Shown here in pieces: positions 46,030 to 56,290 of a stretch of 64,000 nucleotides of DNA. The notes beneath the pieces were generated by a model, which saw only the letters and a list, made by a program, of their open reading frames with translations, did not search any database and had not been told where the DNA came from. Made by a program: the position numbers and the translations under genes. The stretch lies in NCBI GenBank assembly GCA_963787125.1, contig CAWBBV010000012.1:224001-288000 (forward strand), in the 5' to 3' direction. This stretch comes from an uncultured delta proteobacterium (GTDB lineage Bacteria; Desulfobacterota; Desulfuromonadia; Geobacterales; DSM-12255). Position 1 is the stretch's first letter. The number at the start of each line of letters is the position of its first letter.

Positions 46030-49000
46030 TCAATTTGTAACATGTTCTTTATTGCAAAGGCTTTCAATCAAATTAAGGAGCAGATCCAGGTTAACCGGTT
46101 TTGCAATATAACCATTAATCCCGGCCGCCATAAACTGGTCACGATCCTCGTTGAAAGCATGGGCGGTCATGGCAATAATAGGGATATTACAATTAACTCC
46201 TGACAGCTTTCCTGAACGGATAATTTTAGCCACCTCGGTACCGTCCAGATCAGGCATGGATATATCTGTAAGAATTATCTCAAACTCCGCACGTTGCAAG
46301 GCATCAAGAAGCGCCCTGCCACTATCAACTGTAGTAACTTTGTGTCCCTTCCTTTGCAGCAGTTTTTGGGCAATTGTTCTACCCATCTTGTCGTCATCGG
46401 CAAGCAGCAGTTTTCTGGAATAAACTTGAGATATAACCGGAACCGGAGATGGAGCAAGAGACTGAACCTGCGGGATAACAACCGGCACGGTTACGGTAAA
46501 AACAGAACCTTCACCCAAAACGCTGGCAACCGTGACATTGCCCCCCATCAGATCAAGCAAACGTCGGCAGATAGGGAGCCCAAGGCCGGTGCCTGCGCTA
46601 CTGCGGGTGGTGAAACCTCCGATCTGGGTAAAACTGTCAAAAATATAATCCAGTTTGTCAGCAGCAATACCTACTCCGGTGTCTTTGACCACAATTCGCA
46701 GCAGGATTTTGTCATGAGAGTCATCCGTGAAAGGAGGACCGCTACTGATCTCGAGTGAGATTTTACCTTTAGTGGTAAATTTAATGGCGTTACCAATCAG
46801 GTTGGAGATTATCTGCCGTAAGCGTTGCTGATCGCTAACGATGAACGCCGGCAAGTTCTCAGCCATTGAAAAGCCAAGTTCAAGCCCCTTGGCGCCGGCA
46901 CTTGCAGAAAAAATCCTCACAAGCTGGATAGCCATGGAAGCGATCGAGAAAATTTCACTCTCCAGTTCGAGTTTTCCGGCCTCAATTTTGGAATAATCAA
47001 GGACATCGTTAATAACCTGGAGCAGCATTCTTGAAGCAGCCTTGCAATCATGTAGGTACTCCAGTTGCTGCCTTGATAACTGCGACGCTTCCAGCATATC
47101 AATATTCCCCAGCATGGCGCCCAGTGGTGTCCTGATCTCGTGGCTCATGGTAGCCAGAAAATCAGATTTAGCACGATTGGCTGCTTCAGCGGCCTCCTTA
47201 GACTGATGCAACTCAAGCTCAGCCCGTTTACGCTCGGTGATGTTCCGGATGATTGCCCACATCCCTTCCGGTTTATTCTGGTCGTCTTTCAATAGAAATG
47301 TCTTTAGCTCGATATCAACCAGAGAACCGTCTTTTCTCTGATATTCTTTCTGGTAAACATCAGAATACCCTCTTTTAAGTACCTGTTGTTCAACCAGTTC
47401 AGTTTCGTAGGCATGCCATTTCTTAGGGGTCAACTGAACATACGAGAGTGAAGATAACTCGTTGGCATCGTAGCCTGTCAGTGTTTCGAATAAGGCGTTT
47501 GACTCAATAATCCGACCTTTCATGTCAACACAACAATAAGCATCCGTCATACTCTCGAATAAGCGACTGTATTTTAATTCAGTTGACTGAAGTGACTTTT
47601 CCAGCTTCTTGCGTTTGACGATATCCCAGACAAGATTGCCAAAATGCTCAAGTCTCATCATTTCATAAACGGTGTAATCGTTTTGTTTGTTACCGACACC
47701 CAATACTGCCACAATCTTATTATTACGAAAAATCGGCACTATAACTTCCCGGTGAAGCGTGGCGTGCCCTGGCGGCAAACCTTTGCGCCCGGAAAGAGAT
47801 CCATAACTGTTATGAATCAGGGCTTTTCTTTGTCGAATACAGTCAGCCCAGATTCCGGCACTCTCCAGCGAATAGTGCTTATCTTTTACTTCGGCAGTAC
47901 AAAAAGAAGATACCGTTTTAGTCGACCAGGTCTGCAGAGACAGATTAATCTGATCTTCATCTACGAAATGAAAAAACCCGATCTGGCTTGCAGTCAAAGC
48001 TTCGGCTTCATCAATAATCTTGGTCAACAGTTCGTCAAGGGAATGGTTCAAGGCAAAATCGCTGATTCTCAGGCGGGCCTTGAGAACCAGTTCATCCAGT
48101 TTTCGCTCGGTTATATCTGAAAAACAGGCTAAGCTGGCGAAGATCTGCCCATCTTCATCCAAAAGAGGGGAGCCGAATATTTCAAGCTGAACCTTGCTAC
48201 CATCCGGACGTTCAACCACCATATCATCCACATATGACTTCACACCCTTCATGCCCAGCATAATCGGCATCTCTTCCACTGGATAAGTCTCATCGCTCCC
48301 TAACCTGATTGCCTTGTACACCTGAGACAGGTTGAATCTGGAGGCGTCCGGAAGTATCCCTCTACCCAAAAGCTTTAAAGCCGCATCGTTTGCCACAAGG
48401 GGCTTTCCGGACGGCACCTCAACCATAAAAACGCCCATCGGGATGTTATTAATCAACGAGGAGAGCAGGCTGTGCTGACGTCTGAGAGACTCCACGACAA
48501 TTTTCTTCTCTTCTTCAACGTTCTTTTGCGCACCAATATCACTTAAAGTGATCCAGTACTCGCCGCCACAGGCAGAAGCAGCCTGAAGACGCGCCCAGAA
48601 AGGTGACCCATCTGCCCGCATCAGCCGCATCTCCCAGATATGCGGTTTGTCGGCTTCATATACTTCTTTCCGCTGCCGGTAGTATATGTCCTGATCTTCA
48701 CGGAAGACGAATTTTGTTAGCGGTTTTCTTAACAGTTTTTTTCGTTCAAAACCTAATAAAGTTGCCGCGGTGAGATTTGCGTCGAGCACGATGCCACGGG
48801 CGCTGACAGTCAGATAGCCGACCGGCGCCAAATCATACAGCTCGAAGTAACGGGCTCGCGATACTGACAATTCATGCTGGGCGTGGCGCAATTCGTCGTT
48901 CTGCATCTCCAGTTCAATCTGGTGGACACGCAGTTCGTAGAGAAGCTGCTGCGCCTCCTCTAGTGACAATAGTTCTGTGGCTGCCGCCTCTTCAGTACGA

Positions 49001-49065
49001 ATTTTCTCTTCCGCGAGGTGGCGAAATACGAGCCTTGAGCTGGATTCAGATTTGCTTCTGCGCAT
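46030..49065 (-). CDS. Hybrid sensor kinase PAS-PAS-GAF-PAS-HisKA-HATPase-REC
   Basis: SHEIRTPL, NAIKFT, DTGVG and GTGLGL motifs, with receiver motifs LTDISMP and KP. Start 49065 is inferred. Confidence 0.92.
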   Translation of the reverse strand: MRRSKSESSSRLVFRHLAEEKIRTEEAAATELLSLEEAQQLLYELRVHQIELEMQNDELRHAQHELSVSRARYFELYDLAPVGYLTVSARGIVLDANLTAATLLGFERKKLLRKPLTKFVFREDQDIYYRQRKEVYEADKPHIWEMRLMRADGSPFWARLQAASACGGEYWITLSDIGAQKNVEEEKKIVVESLRRQHSLLSSLINNIPMGVFMVEVPSGKPLVANDAALKLLGRGILPDASRFNLSQVYKAIRLGSDETYPVEEMPIMLGMKGVKSYVDDMVVERPDGSKVQLEIFGSPLLDEDGQIFASLACFSDITERKLDELVLKARLRISDFALNHSLDELLTKIIDEAEALTASQIGFFHFVDEDQINLSLQTWSTKTVSSFCTAEVKDKHYSLESAGIWADCIRQRKALIHNSYGSLSGRKGLPPGHATLHREVIVPIFRNNKIVAVLGVGNKQNDYTVYEMMRLEHFGNLVWDIVKRKKLEKSLQSTELKYSRLFESMTDAYCCVDMKGRIIESNALFETLTGYDANELSSLSYVQLTPKKWHAYETELVEQQVLKRGYSDVYQKEYQRKDGSLVDIELKTFLLKDDQNKPEGMWAIIRNITERKRAELELHQSKEAAEAANRAKSDFLATMSHEIRTPLGAMLGNIDMLEASQLSRQQLEYLHDCKAASRMLLQVINDVLDYSKIEAGKLELESEIFSIASMAIQLVRIFSASAGAKGLELGFSMAENLPAFIVSDQQRLRQIISNLIGNAIKFTTKGKISLEISSGPPFTDDSHDKILLRIVVKDTGVGIAADKLDYIFDSFTQIGGFTTRSSAGTGLGLPICRRLLDLMGGNVTVASVLGEGSVFTVTVPVVIPQVQSLAPSPVPVISQVYSRKLLLADDDKMGRTIAQKLLQRKGHKVTTVDSGRALLDALQRAEFEIILTDISMPDLDGTEVAKIIRSGKLSGVNCNIPIIAMTAHAFNEDRDQFMAAGINGYIAKPVNLDLLLNLIESLCNKEHVTN

Positions 49066-49118
49066 TAATCTTCCTAAAGGTTGATGGTCAGATAGCCGAC
49101 ATATGAAAAATAGCTTAT

Positions 49119-50675
49119 CTATACCTCTATCATGAACTCTGCACAATCACCCCAGTTTCGGGCTGTCAATCGGCCCTGCATATGCTTTTCAACAATCATC
49201 TTGGCCATGTAAAGACCGATACCACTCCCCTTCCCTTCCAGTTTGGTGGAAAAATAGGGATCGAATATTTTCGGTAGCACATGTTCCGGTATACCGCCGC
49301 CGTTATCACGCACGGTAACAACGGAGCGGCCATGCTTCTCGAATATGCGAATAAAGACAACAGGGTTAACCTGTTCATGATCCAGCAGGGCATCACGCGC
49401 ATTGAGGATGATATTGAGAAATGCCTGGGCGTACTCGTTGGGATAACCTGTTGCAGTTATGTTGGGCTCTTCGTCAATCTGCACCTTGATTCCCTTGCTG
49501 CGCAGGGAAGGTTCAGCGAAGAAAAGCGCCCGGGAAATAATATCGTTGACTATGAAACTGCTGGTTTCAGTTTCACTGCTGAAAAAATTGCGAAAATCAT
49601 CAATTGTTACCGAGATCTGCTGCAGCACCTTCATGACGTCGCTGATATCCTGATCCAGCTCTTCTGGCGAAAGATCGTTGGCTTTGAAGGCAAGCTGCAG
49701 GCTTTGAACAATCAGACCGATATTGTTGAGCGGTTGCCGCCACTGGTGGGCAATGTTGCTGATCATCTCCCCCATGGCCGTTAAACGGCTCTCCTGAATA
49801 ATAATGGCATCCTTTTGACGCAGTTCGGTAATGACTTCCGTAACGTTGGCATTGAGAGTCTTATTGAGTTCGATCAGTCTTTGCCGCTGTTCTTCCAGCA
49901 ATTTCTCATGACGTTTCTTTTCGGTTACGTCAACGCAGATTGCCCCCAACAGGGTTGTGCCGTCCACCCGGGGAATCGGAAATTTATATGTTTCCAGAAT
50001 GATTTCGTTGCCGTCGTCGCCTTTGATCACATCATGGTACAACCCCAGTCCCTGAGCTAGCACCTCCTGATCGTCGCGGGCAATTTTTGCTGCCATTTCC
50101 GGTGCCACCAGCTTGTCGGCACTTAAACCGGTAATCTCTGCAACACCATGGAGATCTTTAAAATATTCATTCGCAAACAGTATCTTGCCATTGCTATCTT
50201 TTATAAGTACCAGAAGGGGGAGATGATCCATGAACACCGAGAAAAGATTTTCACTTTCCTGCAAAGCCAGTTCGGTTTTACGTTGTTTGGAAACATCGCG
50301 GGCAACAAATACATTTGCCGATACTTGCCCGGCACTGTTTAACAGCGGCGAAATAGTAACTTCAAATATTTCATCACGATTCTTCAATTTGAACTCTAAA
50401 GTTTCAGGTTTTTTGGACTCTATCACCCGTGAATGGATACAATTGCCAGGATTACAGTCAGTTGCCTGAATAAGTTCATGGCATTTACGCCCGACAACTT
50501 CAGTCAAATCAAGCCCGCAATGCTCTGCCATGGCACGATTAGCCCTGATTACAGTGTGGTCTTTATCAACGATGAAAATCATTTCGGCAACTGCATCAAA
50601 AATCTGTTCCCATTCCAGCTTGGCCAGGAGGATAGATTCAGCTTCAGGCTGGGATAATTTGGAAATTTCAGACAT
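49119..50675 (-). CDS. PAS sensor histidine kinase
   Basis: Two PAS domains, AHQWRQPL, NARDA, DNGGG and GSGIGL. Confidence 0.92.
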   Translation of the reverse strand: MSEISKLSQPEAESILLAKLEWEQIFDAVAEMIFIVDKDHTVIRANRAMAEHCGLDLTEVVGRKCHELIQATDCNPGNCIHSRVIESKKPETLEFKLKNRDEIFEVTISPLLNSAGQVSANVFVARDVSKQRKTELALQESENLFSVFMDHLPLLVLIKDSNGKILFANEYFKDLHGVAEITGLSADKLVAPEMAAKIARDDQEVLAQGLGLYHDVIKGDDGNEIILETYKFPIPRVDGTTLLGAICVDVTEKKRHEKLLEEQRQRLIELNKTLNANVTEVITELRQKDAIIIQESRLTAMGEMISNIAHQWRQPLNNIGLIVQSLQLAFKANDLSPEELDQDISDVMKVLQQISVTIDDFRNFFSSETETSSFIVNDIISRALFFAEPSLRSKGIKVQIDEEPNITATGYPNEYAQAFLNIILNARDALLDHEQVNPVVFIRIFEKHGRSVVTVRDNGGGIPEHVLPKIFDPYFSTKLEGKGSGIGLYMAKMIVEKHMQGRLTARNWGDCAEFMIEV

Positions 50676-50782
50676 GTTTCAAGTCCCTTTTAACATATTT
50701 ATCGTATGGTTAACTTTCGCACATATTACATATTTCTTATAATTGTAACAATGCTTATTTGTTATGATTATTTTACTGAATA

Positions 50783-51802
50783 TTAGCGGGATGAGATGTT
50801 CGCAGGCGCTTGGAAAGATTTTGGCTGTGATTGGAATAAAAGAAGAGCCCACCGCACCAGTTTGCCGAGCGTAGCGGTTACCGGCAGTGGACACCAGAGA
50901 CCGACTATGAAAACAGCTACAATGAGAGAGTTCGGGTTTTCCTTTAACAGCGACCAGAGTACACGGCTGGCAAAGGGCCTGTCTGTTCCGGCGCCATGAT
51001 AGTAAAGCATCTGGGCACCTTTATATAGCCTGCGCCTGATAATCTGGCGGAGGTTCTGACGTTTCCTATCATGAATCAGGCGCAGCTGTTTTTTAAGTAC
51101 AGCAATATTTTCGGCAAGATAGCGATAACCCCTTAAATCTCGCGGCCCGGAGACGCTTGTCGGCAGGCAGCGCCAGCGTGTTAGACTCTTTTTTACGATG
51201 GTTATCTCGTACTGAGCGGCAATCCTTAAATAAAGATCATAATCGCTGGCACGCTTGAGGCCGTTATCTGAGAGACCGACTTCTTTAAATATCCTGGCCG
51301 GCACCATTATCTGGGAGGTAGTCGCGAACAGATTTCCCTCGAGAAGCTGCTCGTAATACCTGCCGCTGGTGATGGATCCTTCAGGAAGTTCTTTGCACCA
51401 GGCGGCAAAAAAGAGTGTCGAAAATATTATCCCCTGGTGATCAAATTCAACCCCGTCAACAACAATCAGACCTGAATCAGGATGAGCTGTTGCCGCTGCT
51501 ACCTGAATGGTAAGTTTGTCCGGTTCCCACAGGTCGTCACCATCAAGAAAGGCGATTAATTCGCCGCGCGCCCTCAAAATTCCTGAATTGCGTGATCCGG
51601 CGACACCCTGATTTTGCTGCCTGATTATAACGATCTGATCCTTGAAAGGAGCCATGCACTCCGGAGTATCGTCAGTTGAACCATCATCAACAACAATTAC
51701 TTCAAAGGGCTGATAGGTCTGGGCGAGAACGCTTTCAAGAGTTTCGCCGATATACGCAGCCTGGTTGTATGTTGTCACCACTACACTGACTAATGGGTTC
51801 AT
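50783..51802 (-). CDS. Glycosyltransferase family 2
   Basis: TYN, DDGSTD and FLDGDD motifs. Confidence 0.9.
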   Translation of the reverse strand: MNPLVSVVVTTYNQAAYIGETLESVLAQTYQPFEVIVVDDGSTDDTPECMAPFKDQIVIIRQQNQGVAGSRNSGILRARGELIAFLDGDDLWEPDKLTIQVAAATAHPDSGLIVVDGVEFDHQGIIFSTLFFAAWCKELPEGSITSGRYYEQLLEGNLFATTSQIMVPARIFKEVGLSDNGLKRASDYDLYLRIAAQYEITIVKKSLTRWRCLPTSVSGPRDLRGYRYLAENIAVLKKQLRLIHDRKRQNLRQIIRRRLYKGAQMLYYHGAGTDRPFASRVLWSLLKENPNSLIVAVFIVGLWCPLPVTATLGKLVRWALLLFQSQPKSFQAPANISSR

Positions 51803-51817
51803 GAAATACCTCGGATA

Positions 51818-52702
51818 TCAATCAAATAGCCGCTGCAGCCGCCACGGCATGGTCTCAACATAGAAGTTTTTTACGGCCGGATGAACCGTATCAAGAGCCC
51901 TCACGATCCGGCTGACGTCACGGTAATGGCATTTTATCTGTTTTTTTCTCTTTTCAAGCTTTTGAATAATTTCTTTTTCAGACCGGTTTTTATTAATCTG
52001 TTTCTCAATGGCTTCGAGGTAACTATTGCGCATTTTTACCCGGTCTGAGCATCTGGAGCCGCTTCTGACCCGGTAATAGGCCAAAACACTGTCTACATAA
52101 AATACTTTCGGCTTCAAGGCAAACAGATCCATCCAGCACTCCCAGTCCTCATTGGCAGTCAGGCTTTCATCGAACAATATCCCTGATACTTTAAAAAGCG
52201 CTGCGTCAAAAAGAAAACAGTGAATAGGAATACAGAGTTCTGTCTCCCACTTCATCATGATGTCATCAAAAGGATTTTGATCGCTGAGTAGCGGGCTTAC
52301 CGCCTTAAACGCCACCGGCCTGTTGTCCATATCGCGATAAACATATTGGCAGTAACTTAAACTCCTCTCCGCGCAGTTTTGCAGTTGCGCCATCTGGATG
52401 CTGATTTTATCGACTGCCAGCAGATCATCAGCGTCAAGGAACTGCAGATATTTCCCTGAAGCCTGCCCGATGCCGGTATTCCGGGCGCCACCAGTCCCTC
52501 GGTTCTCCTGCTGCCGATAGATGATGCGGTTGCCATATTTCGTCTTTAGCAGTTGCGCCGTGTCGTCAGTTGACCCATCATCAATTACTATGATCTCTTT
52601 ATTTTCATAGGTCTGGCTTAATGCACAGTCTATGGCCTGACACACCACCGGGCTATTGTTATAGGTCGGTATAATGATGCTTACCAGTGGCGCAGTTTGC
52701 AT
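51818..52702 (-). CDS. Glycosyltransferase family 2
   Basis: PTYN, DDGSTD, FLDADD and EDW motifs. Confidence 0.9.
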   Translation of the reverse strand: MQTAPLVSIIIPTYNNSPVVCQAIDCALSQTYENKEIIVIDDGSTDDTAQLLKTKYGNRIIYRQQENRGTGGARNTGIGQASGKYLQFLDADDLLAVDKISIQMAQLQNCAERSLSYCQYVYRDMDNRPVAFKAVSPLLSDQNPFDDIMMKWETELCIPIHCFLFDAALFKVSGILFDESLTANEDWECWMDLFALKPKVFYVDSVLAYYRVRSGSRCSDRVKMRNSYLEAIEKQINKNRSEKEIIQKLEKRKKQIKCHYRDVSRIVRALDTVHPAVKNFYVETMPWRLQRLFD

Positions 52703-52719
52703 TGGAGTGTCTCCTTACT

Positions 52720-53772
52720 CTAAGCGCTCAAGTTCAGTGCTCTGGCGGTAGTTTTAATAAACCTTGAGAGTGCCGGGTATGGTTCAACCAGGGGGGCAAC
52801 AGTGAGTCTCAGCACTTTTTTCAGGAGCATAAACCCTGCTACCGGTTGCAGCTGAACAGGTAGTGGAGCTGCAATGTTGAACTCGTTGCAGCTATGGCGA
52901 CCAGTCTCAAAACATATCCGTAGATGAGCAAACAGAGCCTTGACAGCGTGTCTTCTGGCACAATCAACTTCTCCCGCATGCTCAAACTTCATTGCCAGAG
53001 TCAGGTTTCTCCAGCGTAAAATTCGCGTTATGATAGCGCTGTATTTTCTGTCAAGATGCATGTGCAGTGCTTCAAACAGCTCTATTATGTCCGGTTCGTG
53101 AGCACGCCAATCCTTCAGTGACCACATGCCTCCGCGGTGAACAACATAAGCAGACATGGTTTCATCGATATAGCCGATGTCGCCATGGACCGCATTCAAA
53201 ATGTGAAGGGGCCAATCTGCCATTTTCAATCTGCTTATCCAGTCTGGAATCGTGCCAAACAGGCCACGACGAAACATTACCGCGGCAGTGGGAATAAAAT
53301 TATCCAGTAAAAGATTTTCAACGGTTGAAAATTCATTTTGCCGGGGACGATACGAAGTAGACTCTTTACTGCCGTCCTCATAGACGATTAATGCATCATG
53401 AAAACAGGTTGAACAGTGTGGATAAAGATCGAGAAAATCCACCTGCTTCTGCATTTTTTCTGGAGTCAGCCAATAATCATCCCCTTCAAGACAGGCTATG
53501 TAATCCCCTGTGCAGGCTTCCAGGACCTGCTTCCCGTTTTTAAAGGCGCCGAGGTTTTTTTCATGCAGTAAAAGTCTGAATATGTCGGGAAATCGCTGCT
53601 GGTAACTGATAAGGATATTGCGAGTGTTATCGGTTGAACAATCCTCACCAATAACAATTTCATACGGGAAATTTGTCCTTTGCATGAGGACACTATCCAG
53701 AGTTTTAGCAATGAATTTTTCGTGATTATAGGCAGTGATCACTACGCTGACCCTGGGCGGACAACTTCTCAT
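52720..53772 (-). CDS. Glycosyltransferase family 2
   Basis: AYNHE, EDCSTD and EGDDYW motifs. Confidence 0.9.
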   Translation of the reverse strand: MRSCPPRVSVVITAYNHEKFIAKTLDSVLMQRTNFPYEIVIGEDCSTDNTRNILISYQQRFPDIFRLLLHEKNLGAFKNGKQVLEACTGDYIACLEGDDYWLTPEKMQKQVDFLDLYPHCSTCFHDALIVYEDGSKESTSYRPRQNEFSTVENLLLDNFIPTAAVMFRRGLFGTIPDWISRLKMADWPLHILNAVHGDIGYIDETMSAYVVHRGGMWSLKDWRAHEPDIIELFEALHMHLDRKYSAIITRILRWRNLTLAMKFEHAGEVDCARRHAVKALFAHLRICFETGRHSCNEFNIAAPLPVQLQPVAGFMLLKKVLRLTVAPLVEPYPALSRFIKTTARALNLSA

Positions 53773-53797
53773 CGTTAATACCCCTCAAATTCGAAAA

Positions 53798-56260
53798 TCA
53801 GGGATTCAAAGTTACAACCACATCATCAATGACCATTCCGACTGAACCGGTAAAACCGGGAGCTGTTGCCAGATCAGCACTGATGCCACCGCTGAGATAG
53901 GCTGCCCGCGAATCAAAATTATTATCAGTCACATCAATCTTCAGTGTCCCGTCGTAATAAACCTGGATCCGACTGCCGTTAAAAATCAGCTTGACTGTAT
54001 GCCAGCCAGTTCCGACACTGGTCAGGCTTACCTGATTCATCGCTGTGCCGCTCCAGGTTGTCCAGTCACTGAACTTTACCAGTTTCATTTGATTCGAGCC
54101 GCCTTGTGAACCATCAGGATAAATCCAGACTCCATAATGTGCCCCGGTTGCTGGATTCAGACGGCCACCAAGGCCACCACCGTAAGAACCTGCAGGAAAC
54201 TGAACCCGACCGTCAACCGTATAATTACTCCAGAGTGGCGTCGGTGCAGTGTAAGCATAACCATAGTAAGCTGACACAGATCCCAGTCCTTGCAATGCAC
54301 TTCCAGTGATTTTCCAGCTCCCCATCTGATTTATCCAGGGGGTAACGAGCTCCGGAGGTGTGGGGGTTCTATTGAAATCATCGCTGAATATTGCGCTTGC
54401 AATGACTGCTATGCCTACAGTTGTAATCCCGGAGGTCAGACTGCCATCACTTGCTCGATAAGTGAAACTGTCGCTTCCTGAATAGTTGGCAGTCGGAGTA
54501 TATACAAATGAGCCATTGGCGCTCAGGGTCACAGTTCCATGCAGGGGTGAAGTTACCAGCTGGGCGGTCAGAGTAGTGCCTTCAGGGTCGGTGTCATTGG
54601 CCAGCACCCCCGGGGCAGCCAGGGTCAGCACAACATTCTGATTGGTGCTGTAACTGTCATTAGCCGCTACAGGGGGCTGGTTAACAGGGGCAACAGTTAT
54701 ATTTACACTGGCTGCGGTTGAAGTGAGTGACCCATCACTTGCCCGATAAGTGAAACTGTCGCTTCCTGAATAGTTGGCAGTCGGAGTATATACAAATGAG
54801 CCATTGGCGCTCAGGGTCAGGGTTCCATGCAGGGGTGAAGTTACCAGCTGGGCGGTCAGAGTTGTGCCCTCAGGGTCGGTGTCATTGGCCAGCACCCCCG
54901 GGGCAGCCAGGGTCAGCACAACATTCTTATTAGTGCTGTAACTGTCATTAGCCGCTACAGGGGGCTGGTTAACAGGGGCAACAGTTATATTTACACTGGC
55001 TGCGGTTGAAGTGAGTGACCCATCACTTGCCCGATAAGTGAAACTGTCGCTTCCTGAATAGTTGGCAGTCGGAGTATATACAAATGAGCCATTGGCGCTC
55101 AGGGTCAGGGTTCCATGCAGGGGTGAAGTTACCAGCTGGGCGGTCAGAGTAGTGCCTTCAGGGTCGGTGTCATTGGCCAGCACCCCCGGGGCAGCCAGAG
55201 TCAGCACAACATTCTTATTAGTGCTGTAACTGTCATTAGCCGCTACAGGGGGCAGGTTAACAGCCTGGTTGCTCAAGGTAATGACACCTTTATCCGGGAT
55301 AGCGTCGTAATATATTACACTGACACTCCCCTCGGTGACAGAAGTGATACTGTTAACGGTTGTGCCTTGCAATACTTTTACCTTGCTCCATGCAGACGGA
55401 ACCTCACTTCTGAGGGTCAACGGTTGATCAAAAACAGCATCATCAAGAGTATCAGTCAAATTCAACGTAATCTTGTCACTGCTTTGTGATGCCAGGCTCA
55501 ACGTAGCAGCACTACGCTCCCGCATATACTTGATTACTGTCCCAAACGGTGCAACCCAGAGATCCGCCCTTCCCTTCAGGTAGTCAAGGTATGTCGTCAA
55601 CTGCTCAGGGGTCCACCCACCGTACTCTCCCGGGCTGAAGCTATGAAAGCAGGGGATTAGCCACTTATTGAGGGTGACAGCTTGACTGGTCAGATCCTCA
55701 AACTGGCCAACGGTATAGCGAGCCGCATCATAAGCAGGCATATTGAATGTATCAGCTGTCAGATCGTTGAGAGCTTCACCGGTGCCACGTCCTGCAATGT
55801 AGTACTTCTGCGCCAAAGCCTTTACATCGCTGTTGAGCATGCCGTAGGGATAGGCAAAGGTAACGGTTTTCTGCCCCGGTATTTTCGTATTAATCAATGA
55901 TTGCGACGCCGTAAGTTGATAATCGGCTTCACTTAAGGGGAGTGACGTGAGAAATGGGTGAGATTTGGTGTGGCTGCCGATTTCATGGCCTTTATTGGCA
56001 GCATCTTTCCATGAATCCCACATGTTGTAATAATCCGGAAAATCAGTAGCAAGGAAAAATGTCCCTTTTAAACCTCTCGCCTCTAAAGCAGGCAGAACAG
56101 TAGAGTATTGAGAGGGGTAGCCGTCGTCAAAGGTCAGACTGACTGCCGCTGCCTTGTTTGCATGCCAGACCACGGTTGTGTGTGGCCCGGCTGCTGCTGC
56201 CGTTCCCGCAAAAAGCGAGAGGGTAAGCAATATGGCTATGATCCGTATGCGAGTTTTCAT
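53798..56260 (-). CDS. Secreted polysaccharide deacetylase with three Ig-like (Big_9/tandem-95) repeats and a C-terminal lectin-like beta-sandwich
   Basis: Signal peptide, TFDDG, GSHTKSH, FAYPYG, and three PVAANDSY...LANDTD...YTP...DSFTY units. Confidence 0.85.
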   Translation of the reverse strand: MKTRIRIIAILLTLSLFAGTAAAAGPHTTVVWHANKAAAVSLTFDDGYPSQYSTVLPALEARGLKGTFFLATDFPDYYNMWDSWKDAANKGHEIGSHTKSHPFLTSLPLSEADYQLTASQSLINTKIPGQKTVTFAYPYGMLNSDVKALAQKYYIAGRGTGEALNDLTADTFNMPAYDAARYTVGQFEDLTSQAVTLNKWLIPCFHSFSPGEYGGWTPEQLTTYLDYLKGRADLWVAPFGTVIKYMRERSAATLSLASQSSDKITLNLTDTLDDAVFDQPLTLRSEVPSAWSKVKVLQGTTVNSITSVTEGSVSVIYYDAIPDKGVITLSNQAVNLPPVAANDSYSTNKNVVLTLAAPGVLANDTDPEGTTLTAQLVTSPLHGTLTLSANGSFVYTPTANYSGSDSFTYRASDGSLTSTAASVNITVAPVNQPPVAANDSYSTNKNVVLTLAAPGVLANDTDPEGTTLTAQLVTSPLHGTLTLSANGSFVYTPTANYSGSDSFTYRASDGSLTSTAASVNITVAPVNQPPVAANDSYSTNQNVVLTLAAPGVLANDTDPEGTTLTAQLVTSPLHGTVTLSANGSFVYTPTANYSGSDSFTYRASDGSLTSGITTVGIAVIASAIFSDDFNRTPTPPELVTPWINQMGSWKITGSALQGLGSVSAYYGYAYTAPTPLWSNYTVDGRVQFPAGSYGGGLGGRLNPATGAHYGVWIYPDGSQGGSNQMKLVKFSDWTTWSGTAMNQVSLTSVGTGWHTVKLIFNGSRIQVYYDGTLKIDVTDNNFDSRAAYLSGGISADLATAPGFTGSVGMVIDDVVVTLNP
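54435..55262 (-). repeat. Near-identical 288-bp (96-aa) intragenic tandem repeat, about 2.9 copies
   Basis: The marker GCCGCTACAGGGGGC recurs at 54663, 54951 and 55239. Confidence 0.95.
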
Positions 56261-56290
56261 AATCCCTCACGTATATTATCTTACCGCTTT

